The translations under genes and the position numbers were made by a program. From the NCBI RefSeq assembly GCF_006345805.1, contig NC_042998.1, positions 170,562,001-170,626,000 of the forward strand: 64,000 bases of DNA, given 5' to 3'. Origin of the DNA: Octopus sinensis (Eukaryota). Each line of letters begins with the position of its first letter. The first letter of the stretch is position 1. The notes below the pieces were generated by a model. The model saw only the letters and a list, made by a program, of their open reading frames with translations. It was not told where the DNA came from and searched no databases. Positions 35,132 through 48,722 of the stretch are shown here, piece after piece.

Positions 35132-37815
35132 TGTGGAGGAAGAAAGTGGGGCACAAGAACAAGGGACCAGAAGCAAGAAGGGATGTCACTTCAAGAATCA
35201 GTTGGTTCAAGACAGCCTCTTCTTTGCCAGAGTATTTTGCAAGACGGATGTGCATTTGGGAACGATCTTAGTTAGGTAGTGCTTTTCGGCCAGAAGCTCA
35301 GGTAGAGGACACGTAAGGGTACAATTGCTAAGTTTTGCTGGTTCCTGTGGCTTGACATTTGGATTGACTGTTGCCAATTGCATCTCATGTTAAGAGCAAC
35401 CTTTATATGTACCTTACAACCACAAGCTGTTTTGGCATGCTGTTTACCAGATGTGAAGATATATGTTCAATTTAGTTTTTAATGTTTTTTCTTTTTTTGC
35501 TCCTGCCTTTATAACTAGCAACACACATGATGGCTACAAAAATCAGAATCAGTAGCAATATATTGAGACTGTTTGGTGGGGAAGGTGATGTGGTGGATTG
35601 GCTAAAAAAATGGTGAAACTCATGGTGAAGTTACAGAGTACTGAAGCTGTGGCAAGCCTTATGCCGCTTTACCTAGAAGGAAGTGCTTTAAATCTGTACT
35701 TAAAAATGGATGAAGCAATCAGGTCAAAGTAGAAAAAATTGAAGAGCATCTGAAGGACATGTACATGGAAGGGGCATTCAGAGCCTACAGCAAGCTTGGG
35801 AGAGTAAGATTTACAGGCAAGCTAGTAGATGATTATGTGAGTGAGATCAGGAGGTTGGTGGGGTTAACAGGGTTTACCAGAACAGCGATTGAGTAGATAG
35901 TGAAGCTGGCTTTTGTGACCGGATTCCCCAGTCATATCTCAGTGTGTTTGCAGCAGATATCAGTTGGAGAAATGATGGACAAGACATGAGTGTGGACACA
36001 AAACAACACACGTGACATAGTGGCGGCAGTGATGATGAATATGAGTAGGACAAAAAGGCAGGCAGCAACCAGTGACAACAGATCTATAATGAGATGGATT
36101 ATGCTTTAGGTCAGGATCCACACATAGTCAAGGAATGCACAGAACCAAAACCTGTAGTAGTGCACCCAACCTGGGCACATAACAATCTATTGTAAATAGG
36201 GAAATGCGAAGAGGGGAATTACTGCACCATTAGTTCCCCCAACAACCAACTGATGGTGCACCACCATTCATTGCCTGTAACAAGGGTCCTGGTAGAGAAA
36301 GGGAAGCACAAGCCCTTGTGGATACAGGTTGCACAACAACTCTGATGACCATGAGAATGGTCAAGGGCTAGAGAGGAAACGTCAGCCTCAGTGCAATGGA
36401 TGGTTGTGGAGGTCAGGTGAAGTGGAACTGGTGGTACAAGGGTAGGTGATGAAGCTGTGGGCAATTGTAGTTGATGACATGGTGGACAGCATTGATGTAA
36501 TAGTCATTGATGTACATTTGGGCAGCATGACCGTTGGTGAGACAGGAGTGAATTTAATGATCAGTGTGCTGCATGCTGTAGGAATGATGGGTTGCTATCT
36601 GAGAGAAGAGACACTGTAGATGCGATTGAAGATGAGGACTTCCATACTGAATTCAACAGCAAAAGATAGATGATGAAGTACCTTTGGAAAGAACCTTCCA
36701 AACTGAGAAACAGGTCCAAGCTCAAAAGAGATGATGCGGGTAGGCTTGTGTTTCACAGAGGAAATGAGATCCCAGACTTGTATCAGGATATGAATAGGCA
36801 AGGGCTGTTCTCAATGTGTGGGAAACTGGTAGGACGCTACCCTGTCATAGGATGGCTCCAAACAGCATGTAGCTACATCAAAAAGCAAGCAGGAGTGAAC
36901 TGGAGTGATAAAGTGGGAGAGAATATGATTGCAATGATGCAAGACATCTTGGAGAGAATGCAAGTGGAAGATCCAGTGAGGGACAACTGGTATGTGCCTG
37001 ACACAAAAAAGGGAATCATATAGTGTGACATGAGTTGTATAGCATTGAGAGTCTTTCAGGAAATAGGAAGTATTGAAGTGAAAGATGCAGCATGGCTCAG
37101 GAAGAAGGACAGCTACAACCATATCAATGTAGCTGAACTGGTCACTGTGTTAAAGGGCATGAAACTAGCGCTGATATTGAGACTGTGAGTGGCAGGTGGC
37201 AACCAGAGGAGAATGCGCACACAAAAGGGTTCATGGAAATGGGGATTAAGTATTGCCTGGGAATTTTGAGGGAACTAGCTGCTGAGTTCAGCCTGAAGCT
37301 GCATGTGGTATTCATGCCTTCAGAAAAGAATAAGGTGTTCATGCCTTTAGAAAAGAATAAGGTGGATATTCTAACCAGAGTTCCCAGCAAAGTGGCTGCA
37401 GCTGGTCAGCTAGCGGGCCCAGAACTAAGGAGGCTGCACAACATGCACCACATGGGGGTCGACAGGATGTTATTTTTGATCAAGACAATCGACTCTGATG
37501 TCACCAAAAGAGAGTGTTTAAAAGGTAGTTAAGAATTGTGACAGGTGTCAGTCCATCAACTCTACACCAAATGTGCATGAAACAGGAAAGATTTGGAGGA
37601 AGACTGGAAGAGGCAAGTGATAAATGTGATGCACTATCGGGAAGGGATATACCTCTCAATGGTTGACTGCAGGCTACAGTGAATAGCAATATGGAGAAAA
37701 ATCAAGATTGCAACTGCAGCTGAAATTGCAGAAGTGCTGAACGCAGTGTTCTCGGAAAGGTGGCCAGTAGATGATCTGTTTATGAACAAGAGCACAGTTT
37801 TTCACTCAGAGCAAA
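35132..37815 (+). mobile_element. Decayed Gypsy-type LTR retrotransposon, 3'-truncated
   Basis: gag-like FGGEGDVVDWLKK (~35570), zinc-knuckle remnant (~36105), protease ALVDTGCTTTL (36312-36344), RNase H HINVAEL (~37120), integrase LHNMHHMGVDR...C..CQS and the rve region. Order is RH then INT, with many stops. Confidence 0.8.
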
Positions 37816-38789
37816 TGATTTTGATTCCAAGGATTTAATTACAGTGATTTTGATTCCCAGGCTATGTTAGTTGAGAAAAGGAAAGTGGGGAAGATCACTT
37901 ACTTTGACTTTGAAAATGGTTTGACAATCCAGTTTTCTAGATACTTTAAAAGGTCCTCTCTGAGTTTGAAAATCACCATATCATGTGAAAATGTATTTTT
38001 CAGTTTACTGTGTTTCTTTTGTTTTCTGTTTTGCTTTGTTTTTTTTTTTGTTTTTTATCTCTGGTTATGTTAGTTGAGAAAAGAAAACTGGGGAATGAGA
38101 ATACATATTTAAAACAAAACATACTAATCTGCACATGCACTGACTCTAAATACTGCACAAATACACACATCCGTGCAAAAATACCCTATTAATGTTGCTG
38201 AAGTTCCAATGAAGGAGCTATAGTAAAAAAAAAAAAACTGGTTCTCTCTATTTGCAAGAAATCATTAATTGCAATGAATAGAAGAAAACAGTAGGGTCTA
38301 TAATTTAGTTTCACCAGGATCAGAGACAACACTAATCTATGGCTTTCATGAAATGCAAGACTATGTCATGATCATTCAGTCTGTAACCTTGGTTTGATGA
38401 AAAAGTATATTTACTGGGTGTGCAACCATAAAAAAATATCATGCGTTGACATATTAAAGCTTGGCTTACAATAATGTGATTTTAGTGTGAAGGGAGGAAA
38501 CTCTCGTTTAACTGGTGTAAATTAGGTACATAGACACACATAAATGTATTATTGTTGTAACGTCCACTTTTTCATGCTTAGATAGATCAGATAGAATTTC
38601 ATTGAGACAGATTTTCTATGGCTGGATGCCTATCACCAGCTCACACCTGTTTCCAGTCATGTTTTCACAGAAGATTAGAATATGATGCAAGTATGAACTG
38701 GTACCTTTTACCCTACATTTGCAAGTTGTTTGGGTGCCTATGTAATAGCTAACATGCATAAATAGCCTCTAAACCTTTCCACCCTTGAG

Positions 38790-40880
38790 AAGCATTGGCA
38801 GGCATTAAAGAAAGTAGTCTTCTCTGTTGCTAAGAAGACCCCAAGGTCTTCTCAGCATAAAATACCTGATTGGTTCTGGGAGCACGGAGAGGAGAGCCAG
38901 CAGCTGCTAAATGAAAAGCTACACTTGCACCAGTAACATCTGAAGGATAACTTGGAGAAGAGGAGGATTACTGTCACTGAAATCAAATCCAAAGTGCAGA
39001 GAGAAGTGAGATTGCTGAAGAACAACTGGTGGTGAGGCAGGCAGAAGCCTTGCAAAGTATGACTGACTGTTTACAGGACTGAAAGCCTTCTATAGATCCA
39101 GGAGCAATACAATAGCACCGATCAAGTCAGCAAACAACCTTCAGGTGGATCAGAGATAGGCGGAAAGAACTTTTCTGCAACCTGCTCAACAAGCAAGGAT
39201 CTATCCAACCAGACATCTGCAAATGGCTAGTGTGGCCCCAGAGACAAGATGACCTCTGTCATGAGATCACTATGCAAAGGCTGAAGAAAGCCTTGAAGGC
39301 CACAGCAAGTTGCAAAGCACCAGGCATGGATAGTATTCTCTCAGATGTTCTCAAAGAAAGATGGTCAAAAACTCCACAGCAAGCTGTTGAGGTTGTACAA
39401 CATTTGTCTTTCTAATGAGTGTGTACCCCAGGACTTCAAGGACACCCTAATAGTCACCATTTACAAAAAGAAGTAGGTCAAGCAGAATGTGAGAACCACC
39501 AGGGTATTTCTCTAGTGGCCATTTCTGGAAAGGTGCTAGCAAAAATTGTTCTCAACCAGCTAAAAACATCTCAGAACAGGTCTTACCAGAGAGCTAATGT
39601 GGCTTCAGGCCAGGGAGACCAACTGCTGACATTATCTTCACACTATAACAGCTACAGGAGACAGCAGTGGAGTAACACCAACACCTCTTTGTGGTGTTTG
39701 TGGACTTTTCCAAAGTATTTGACACAGTGGACCAGGAAACTCTTTGGAAAATGCAAGAGATTTATGGATGTCCTGCAAAGCTTGTTAATATCATCAAGCA
39801 GTTCTACACAGGAATGAAAGGACTAGTCTTAGTTGGCAGTGAATTAAGTGAAGTAAGGTGCATGCTTGCCTCTGCACTCTACTCTCTTTATCTCACATCT
39901 GTACTTGACACTCTGAGGATCAATCTATACAAGGGGGTTTTCATCTGCACAATGAGTTCTTCATCTTGGTCTGTCTTTGTGCCTCCACCAAAATCAGGGA
40001 AATTTGTGTCACAGAGCTGCTCTACACAGACAACTCAGTGCTTGTGGCCACTAAGGTCATGCAATACATTGTGGTTTGATTTTCTTGTACAGCAGACACT
40101 TCAAAAACTACTCCCACCAAGATGTCCTAATAGATCAAGAAAGCCTGAACCAAAAATGTTACACAGAGAGTCCCTAAAGTACACCAAGGCTTTTACCTAT
40201 TTCAGCAGTGCATTGACTACTATTAACTTTTCTGAATTAAAAACTGAGAGGTAAATACAATCTACCACAAAAGTTTTGGCTCTCTTGAGAAGCATCTATG
40301 GAGCTTCTATGACATTACCCACAACACAATGACAGAGGTGTACAGTGTCACAGTGCTCCCTTTCCTCCTCTATACTATGGAATGCAAGCACATCAAGGTA
40401 TCGATGTGAATCCAACTTTGCCATCTGCACTCCATCTTGCATATCAGATGGCAGGATCTCATCCTTAATGTAGAGGTCCTGCACTGCATTGGTACTGTTA
40501 GTGTGGAGGTCCTTGTTACCTCATCACAGCTGTGCCAAACAGGACAGGTGAAACCATGATGGCCAGAGGTTGCAATACAGCAATGTACTGAAGAGATATA
40601 TGAAGAACTCCAGCATCTTCCGAGACACCTGGGCGGAGAAAGCCCTGTGCTGTGATGAATGGCACCAATGGCTGGAGCTTGTAATTCTAGCCATTGAGAA
40701 GCAACAACAGAAAGAATATGAAAGAGGACATGGGAGGCGTCACTTCTCCATTGTGTCAAGTAGCTTCACCTGAAACACATGTCATCACTGCTGCAGATCA
40801 AGAGCAAGCTTTGTAGCCCACATGCGAAGCCTGTTAGAGATGATTACTGAACAAAAACAGACAACATTATTGATTTATAA
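38790..40880 (+). mobile_element. Decayed RTE (BovB-like) LINE
   Basis: Frameshifted RT motifs KAPGMDSI, GISLVAISGKVLAKIV and FVDFSKVFDTVDQETLW (track ORFs 39230, 39691). Confidence 0.8.
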
Positions 40881-41199
40881 TGGATAACCGAAGGAATATG
40901 TCTTGTCAGCATCCTACTAAATTAATATTTCACTGCTTTTAACAAAGTTAAGTTTAATTTTATTATTTTTCTTTTCAACAACCCTGATCCATCAGATAAG
41001 TAATCAGTAAGACCTTTATAGATTTGCTCAACATGCTACAAATAGCTGCCAAATCTCCCTTAAATCATACCTTACTGGAAGACATGGGATGAAGTGGTGA
41101 AGGCTAACCTCAGGACTCTGAGTTTAAGGGATAAGATTACAAAGGATGGGACCTCTGGCAATATGACTTCCTCAACAAAATAACTGTGCAAAATATTTA

Positions 41200-42170
41200 G
41201 ATATTGTTTATACACAAGACTCCTCAATAGTTATTCCAGAAGACAAACACAATTCTACAACTAGTAACCAAACATGGAATCATCCAGTTGCAGAAGTTGC
41301 AGTAATTAAGCCAGATGTGAATTTGGAAACAGTACAACTGCAAAGATTTCTGACACTACATAAAAGGTGTTTTCTTGGTGAATCACTCCTTCAGTCAATC
41401 AATTCAATGCATCCAAATTATGACCCACTATGGTTCCCATTGCTATTTCTATTTGGTGATAGGGAATAGAGAGTCAACTTAACTTTTGACATTGGAGGTA
41501 AGAGTCATAAAATATCACAGATGGATTTTTACAGATATAGGCTCATGGTTCAGGGACATAATTTCCATTTCCTTCACAACTCAGGTTATTTATCTCAAGA
41601 ATATTACTGTGATATGTATTCCAAGAGTGAAGAAACAAAGTTACAGTGGATTCAATGTAATAAAAAAAATATGAGGGCAGAAACATGTCAAAATATTCAT
41701 GATTACGTGTATTCTTATAGCTCAAATATTGGCAAAAGAGTAATCATACCTCCAACATACATAGGAGGCCAATGTGGATGCAGAAACTATAACAAAATGC
41801 AATGGTAATTGTTCAAAAGTTAGGGAAACCAAATTTCTTCATAACTTTCACCTGTAATTCTCAATGAAAAGAAATCATATCACGAAATGAACTTTATCTA
41901 GGACAAACACCAGCTGACAGACCAGACTTAACTGACAGAGTATTTGATACAAAACTTTGGGATCTCTTACATGACATTTTGGAAGACATTTGGAGAGAGA
42001 TTTCAGGGTACATGTGGATTACCCCATTGTCATATGTTGTGCATATTAAGTAAAGAATATAAGTTAAATCTAGAACATAATGATAAGTTTGCTTATGTAG
42101 AACTTCCAAATCCACAAATACAACCAATTCTGTTTCTCAAGGACAGTCAACATGACACAGAATGTGAAAA
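41200..42170 (+). pseudogene. Decayed Helitron Rep (HUH endonuclease) fragment
   Basis: HPNYDPLWFPLLFLFGD (41410-41460), FYRYRLMV..., IGKRVIIPPTYIGG, LGKPNFFITFTCNSQ (~41820), PADRPDLTDRVF and GLPHCHM (42016-42036). Confidence 0.85.
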
Positions 42171-42704
42171 TGCTGACCCTTTGAAAGACAGGTACAACTC
42201 ATTTTTGCCAGCTGAGTTGACTGGAGCAATGGGAAATAAAGTGTCTTGCTGAAAGATACAGCACACCACCAGGTGTCAAACTCATGATAATTTAGGTGCA
42301 TACTTTGATTAACTGCATTGCTTTTTGTTGAGATAAAGTAAAATAAACATTCAGTTCAAAATCGGACATTTTATTCTTAATGACCTGATAGTTTATGTTC
42401 AAAACATATAAAGAAACTGAAAACAAAATTACTCTCCAAGTTGATTTAATATTATGGAAGTTCACACTCACATGCATACTCACCATTAGATAGATATATA
42501 GACAGACAGACAGACAGATAAGATATAGTTCAGGATCAAAACACCCAATGATCATTAGATACTGTCTGATGACATCGATTTCTCCTGGACAAAGCTCCAT
42601 TCACTTTGGCAGGTGGATAAAAAGCACCTTCTTTGAGGTATTATCAACATACATACATACATACATACACACACACACATACACACACACACACACATAC
42701 ATAC

Positions 42705-44230
42705 ATACATATGTTTCTCCTATATCTGTTAAGGTATGTTACAGGTATCTAGGGGTGGATGAAAAGCATATCTTACAATGGCACTTGTAACAAAACATGT
42801 GTCACTAAAGAATATTACAGTTGAATAAAGAAAATTTGAACCTCAGAATTCTCTACATTCAATATAACAACAGCCCACGGTGTATTTGCAGTGCCAGTAC
42901 TCATACCAACATTTAGGCTGCTTCATTGGACACTTGATGCGAGCCAATGCTGTGAAAACCAAAAAAATACTAACAAGCATAGATAATTTCCACATAAACA
43001 ATGACGTAGTCTGCATCTACCTAAAAAGAAAACAAGGCAGCAGAGGCTTAACATCGATCCAAAATGCCTTTGAATGTCGCATCATATCCCTTCGGCAACA
43101 TCTTTTAACCATCAAGTCTTGAAGTGCATCCCTTGAGCAAATTTGCATACATGAGGCTGATAACATCATAAGACTTGGAAGGCAGCTCCTTGAGCAACAC
43201 TCTTTGTCTGATAGCATAGAATACATGCTCAAAGAAGTTGCACGACTCAACTGCAACATATCATCAAATGAAAGGATGAGCAGACGACAATGTAGGGATA
43301 TGTTAGTAGAAAACTCCAAGATGATAGTAATATTGATCATCAAAGCAATCTATCATCGATCAATAGCTATATTACTACTTCCCACCTTGAAGAGTATGCA
43401 TTTGCAAGCCAGGAACAAGAAATATCAACCAAATTCCTGATGCACAAAAGGGATAGAGATGCAGGAAAAGCAGTAAAATGTGACAACCGATGCAGACTTA
43501 GTGGAGTTAACACCAAAGATATCACCCACATCATAAGCAGTTGTCTGAAAATGTCATCATAGTATTATTTACCAATGAGACATGATATTGTAGCTAATAC
43601 ACTGTATAATGAAATCTGTGGGAAGAATAACTCCGAGAACAATGAAATAAGAACCCACAGTATGACAGAAGCCATAGCCACTCATAATAAAAAGGAATAC
43701 TGGTGGAATGTCCCAGTGAAGACCTCAATAAAATGTAAGCACAACAGACCTGGTGTAATGATTTGGGATAGAGAAGAGAAACTGTGTACAGTTGTGGAAA
43801 TTAGCTTCCCAGTGGATGTTAACATAAAGCAGAAGATCAATGAAAAAGAATATATCTATGCTGACCTTTTGAAAAATGTGCAGTTATTCTATCCAGATTA
43901 CAAGTTTAGGTTTATACCTGTAATTATTGTGGTCCTGGATATGTAACACACTGCCTAAATACCAATTTTGAGAAATTAGGCTTCTCAAAACCAGAAAGGA
44001 GAAAGCTAATTTGAAGACTACAGATCCAATCCATCACTGGAACTGTAAAAATCTGTAAAACTTTCCAGAAGTTTATCATTTAATTGTATATGAGCATGTC
44101 TAGATATGCAACTATATGCATGAGAATGCATTCATAAAACAAAACATACAAACCTGCACATATACATGCATGCATACATACAAAAATACGCTGTTGTTGG
44201 TGTTGAAATTCCAATGAAGGAGCCTTGGAT
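42705..44230 (+). mobile_element. R4/Dong-like non-LTR element, 3' part with restriction-like endonuclease
   Basis: CYRYLGVDE, a CCHC knuckle (CRL.G...DITHIISSC), RHDIVA, and HNRPGVMIWD...VVEISFP...K..K (degenerate PD-(D/E)xK) in track ORF 43575-43946. Confidence 0.75.
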
Positions 44231-44249
44231 CTCTGTTACAAACCAGCTC

Positions 44250-44557
44250 GTAGGTTGTGAGTGTTTATTGAGCGAAAACACCTAAAGCTCCACGAGGCTC
44301 CGGCAGGGATGGTGGTGATCCCTGCTGTACTCTTTCACCACAACTTCCTCTCACTCTTACTTCCTGTTTCTGTTGTACCTGTATTTCAAAGGGCCGGCCT
44401 TGTCACTCTCTGTGTCACGCTGAATATCCCCGAGAACTGCGTTAAGGGTACACGTGTCTGTGGAGTGCTCAGCCACTTACACGTTAATTTCATGAGCAGG
44501 CTGTTCCGTTGATCGGATCAACCGGAACCCTCGTCGTCGTAACCGACAGAGTGCTTC
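44250..44557 (+). mobile_element. SINE-like repeat
   Basis: Reverse-complement homology with 34270-34506. Confidence 0.6.
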
Positions 44558-44560
44558 CCA

Positions 44561-45175
44561 TTACCTATATTTAACCATAGGCATACATATGCAAACATAT
44601 TATGTTCATACGTTATAGGTAAAGACAAAGATAAACATGGCTTTATCAAGAATCAAAATTTAAAGAAATTAGAAAATGGAGAAGTACTAATGAACAACAA
44701 TTGACTTACATCAATTATTATTTATCAGTTCAATACAAACAGACTGCATCCCATCTAAGAGCTGTTTCTGCTTCCAATGTTGTATGGTATTGCCATTGAT
44801 AAGTTACAATATGTAAAAATATTAATAATATTTGGTAATAAAACTGATCTGAAACATGGAGCTTCATCAGAGTGAAGAATAAATAAAGAAGAAGAGCTTA
44901 GAGAAGAAAAAGGGAAAAATTGGATCTGGTTGTAATCATACCATTTTGCTTCTGTGTCTCATATTTTTACATATCAATGGCAATACCATACAACATTGGA
45001 AGCAGTGACAGCTGTTAGAGGGATGCAGCCTATTTGCATTGAATTCATAATCATCATCATCATCGTTTAACGTCCGTTTTCCGCGCTAGCATGGATTGGA
45101 CGGTCCGAATTAATAAATAATAATTGATGTTAGTCAGTTGCTGTTCATTTGTACTTCTCCATTTTCTGTTTTTTT
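44561..45175. mobile_element. Second copy of the 25630-26114 fold-back element, interrupted by an RTE-tail fragment at ~45051-45105
   Basis: Colinear with 25630-26114; the hammerhead-like core is on the minus strand at 44874-44752. Confidence 0.7.
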
Positions 45176-45186
45176 TTAATCTCTCT

Positions 45187-45304
<118 letters not shown>

Positions 45305-45328
45305 TATATATATAATATATATATATAT

Positions 45329-45375
<47 letters not shown>

Positions 45376-45399
45376 CACACATATATATATATACATGTA

Positions 45400-45488
<89 letters not shown>

Positions 45489-45493
<5 letters not shown>

Positions 45494-45862
45494 TGAGGGT
45501 ACTACTATTCATAGATACCGCATGCTAAGAGGGACCAATGTGGTCAAAACTACTAAAATAAACAAAATTTTACCAAATGCAAAACTTCAAAGCAAATCAT
45601 TTAAAAAAAGAATTTAGTTACATATGCATTCTATGTTCATCAGTGCAACAAACTCAAGACATATAAGAAAAAACATAACGTTACAAACCCGATAGCCAAC
45701 TACGGTTGGTATGTAACTAAATGTGATATGTAACTAAATTCTTTTTTTTAATGATTTGCTTTGAAGTTTTGCATTTGGTAAAATTTTGTTTATTTTAGTA
45801 GTTTTGACCGCATTGGTCCCTCTTAGTGTGTGGTATCTATGAATAGTAGTACCCTCAATATA
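45489..45862. mobile_element. MITE with 137-bp terminal inverted repeats
   Basis: Arms 45489-45625 and 45726-45862 are near-perfect reverse complements, with TA at both ends. Confidence 0.8.
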
Positions 45863-45980
45863 ATATAAATAAATATTTTCAAAGTGGAAAAATTTACGGA
45901 TTTTTTCTCTTACGAGGTTTTTCACGCTAACTACTGATAATTTCTTATAAAGATTTTATCCTCAATTGTAAATATATAAA

Positions 45981-46322
45981 GGAGGAGACCCCCTTCGGTC
46001 AGACACTGACCATGGGTTTGCACCTAGAGTGTTACCCTCTGAGGCACAAGTCTGGGCAAGGTTGTCTTTTTTTTTTTATGGAAGGCCAGCAGTCACCCAT
46101 GCATACCGGCCTCCCCTCTCCACGTCACCGATGTTGTCCAAGGGAAAGGCAAGGGCTTGGCACCTGTGACGTCGCAACTCATTTCTACAGCTGAGTGAAC
46201 TGGAGCAACGTGAAATAAAGTGTCTTGCTCAAGAACACAACACGCAGCCCGGTCTGGGATTCGAGCTCACAACCTCACGATCGTAAGCTCGACGCTCTAA
46301 CCACTGAGCCACGTGCCTTCAC
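45981..46322 (-). mobile_element. Full-length tRNA-derived SINE
   Basis: Minus strand gtgaaggcacgtggctcagtggttagagcgtcgagc...agctcgaatcccaga gives a tRNA-like head with A and B boxes. Confidence 0.85.
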
Positions 46323-46444
<122 letters not shown>

Positions 46445-46462
46445 CATACATACATATATATA

Positions 46463-46808
46463 TCATCATCATCATCATCGTTTAATGTCCGCTTTCCATG
46501 CTATCATGGGTTGGACGATTTTGACTGAGGGCTGGCAAACCAGATGGCTGCACCAGGCTCCAATCTTGATCTTGCAGAGTTTCTACAGCTTGATGCCCTT
46601 CCTAACGCCAACCACTCCGAGAGTGTAGTGGCTGCTTTTTACGTGCCAGTGGCATGGGGGCCAGTCAGGCGGTACTGGCAATAACCTCACTCTTTTTACT
46701 CGTGTCACCGGCACAGGTGCCAGTGAAGCGATGTTGGTAACGATCACGCTTGAATGGTGCCCTTTTACGTGCCACGGGTACGGAAGCCAGTTGGCTGCTC
46801 TGGCAAAG
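46463..46808 (-). mobile_element. RTE 3'-UTR/SINE fragment with (CAT)n tail
   Basis: catcatcatcgtttaatgtccgctttccatgc...gatgcccttcctaacgccaacc plus pseudoknot-like units. Confidence 0.8.
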
Positions 46809-46828
46809 TATGTATGTATGTATATATG

Positions 46829-46861
<33 letters not shown>

Positions 46862-46901
46862 GTATGTATCTATATATATGTATATGCATATATAGTTCTC
46901 C

Positions 46902-46945
<44 letters not shown>

Positions 46946-47026
46946 CATACATATCTATCTATCTATCTCTCTATATATATATATACACACATACATACAT
47001 ACATATATATATCACTATCATCATCA

Positions 47027-48722
47027 TCATTTAACATCCCTTGTCCATGCTGATTTGGCATGGTTTTCAGACTCCATTCTGATTTGGTATGGTTTTCTAT
47101 TTCTGGATGCCCTTCCTAATGCCAACCACTCCAAGAGTATAATGAGTGCTTTTACATGCCACCAGCATGGGTGCCAATTTGCGTGACACCTGTATCTGCC
47201 ATGACTGTGATTTTGCTCAGCTTGGTGGGTCTTCTTCTCAACCATGACATAATGCCAAAGGTCTTGGTCATTGCCTCCATGAGGCCCAAAACTCAAAAAA
47301 ACTCAGCCACTTTGCCTCTGTGAGCCCTAACACTCGAAAGGAACCCAGCCACTTTGTCTCCGTTAGGCCCAACATTCAAAAGATGCTCTTTACATGCCAC
47401 CAGTATGGGTGCACTTGGCTTGACAAGTCCTCTCAAGCACAGCACATTGTCAAAGGTCTCGGTCACCAGTCATTGCATCTGAGAGGCTCAAAGTTCAAAG
47501 ATCATGTTTTACCACCATGTCTTCCTGGGTCTACCTCAACCACAGGTTCCCTCCACAGTTAGAGGTCGGCACTTTTTTATACAACTGTCTTCATCCATAT
47601 GCATCACATGACCATACCAGTGCAGTTGTCTTTCTTGCACACCACATCTGATTCCTCTTATACGTAACTTTTCTCTCAAGATGCTTACACTCTGTTGAAC
47701 ATGCACACTGACATTGAACATCCAGCGAAGCAAACTGGCTTTATTTCTTTCAAGCCTACGCATGTCCTCAGCTGTCATAGCTCATGTTTTAATGCCATGC
47801 AGCATAGCTGTTCACACTCAGGCATCAAACAATCAGCCTTTCACTCTGAGAGGCCCTTTGTTGCCAGAAGGGGTAGGAGTTTTCTGAACTTTGCCCAGCT
47901 TAATCTTATTCTCACAGCTATGCTCTCGGAGTATCCATCTCCACTAGTAACTTAGTCATCTTGATAATGGAAGCTATCTACTACCTCTAGCTTGCTTCCC
48001 TGGCAGTTGGTGGAGTCCATTTTCAGCATTTATTGTACCTGTGCACCTTCCACATACAAAAGTTAGTTTCTCTGTTAACCTTCCTCTGATGTTGCTGCAC
48101 CTCTTATGTGTCCAAAGTTTACACTGGGTGCATCTTACAGAGTTTCTACCTACACCTTTTCTACAGATTGAGTATAGCTGTTTGCACACAGGCAACATAC
48201 AATCTGCCTTTCATTCTGAAGGAGAGACCCATTGTTAACAACAGAGGCAGAAGCTCTCTGAACTTTGCCAAGCCTATTCTTACTCAAGCAGCTACACTCT
48301 TGGAGCAGCCATCTCCACTGCTGACTTGGTCACCTAAGTAATGAAAGCTATCAACTACTTCTAGCTATTCCCCCTAGCAGTTGATGGAGTGTATTTTCTT
48401 TACATTTCTAGTATTTATTGTATCTGTGCACCTGCCACACTCAGAGACTATTTCCTCTGTTAACCTTCCTCTGATATTGCTGCACCACTTATGTGTCCAT
48501 AGCTTCCACCAGTTACATCTTATAGAGTTTCTACCCACACCTTTTCTACAGATCAAGCAGGGCCATCTACCTGAAGGGATTTGTAATTTATCTGCTTTCC
48601 TACTAAGATTTTGGTTTTTACTAAATTAATTCTAAGGTCCTTTGATTCTAGACCTTGCTTCCATACCTGGAATTTCTTCTCTAGCTCTGGTAGTGAATCA
48701 GTTATAAGAACAAGGTCATCAG
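47027..48722 (-). mobile_element. RTE LINE 3' half (RT plus 3' UTR), resuming at 50833-50940 after a hAT insertion
   Basis: Track ORFs 47536, 47974 and 48374 (CRKGVGRNS..C..CKLWTHKRCS; LERNKASLLRWMFNV) are RTE C-terminal motifs. Confidence 0.85.

Noticed and set aside
45626-45660. Minus-strand CUGAUGA plus ACAUA/UAUGU stem in the MITE spacer
   Set aside because: It is not followed by GAAA or a stem III.
45981-46322. Genuine tRNA gene (also 3318-3465)
   Set aside because: The tRNA-like head continues into a repeat body and lacks a complete cloverleaf and acceptor stem, so it is a SINE.
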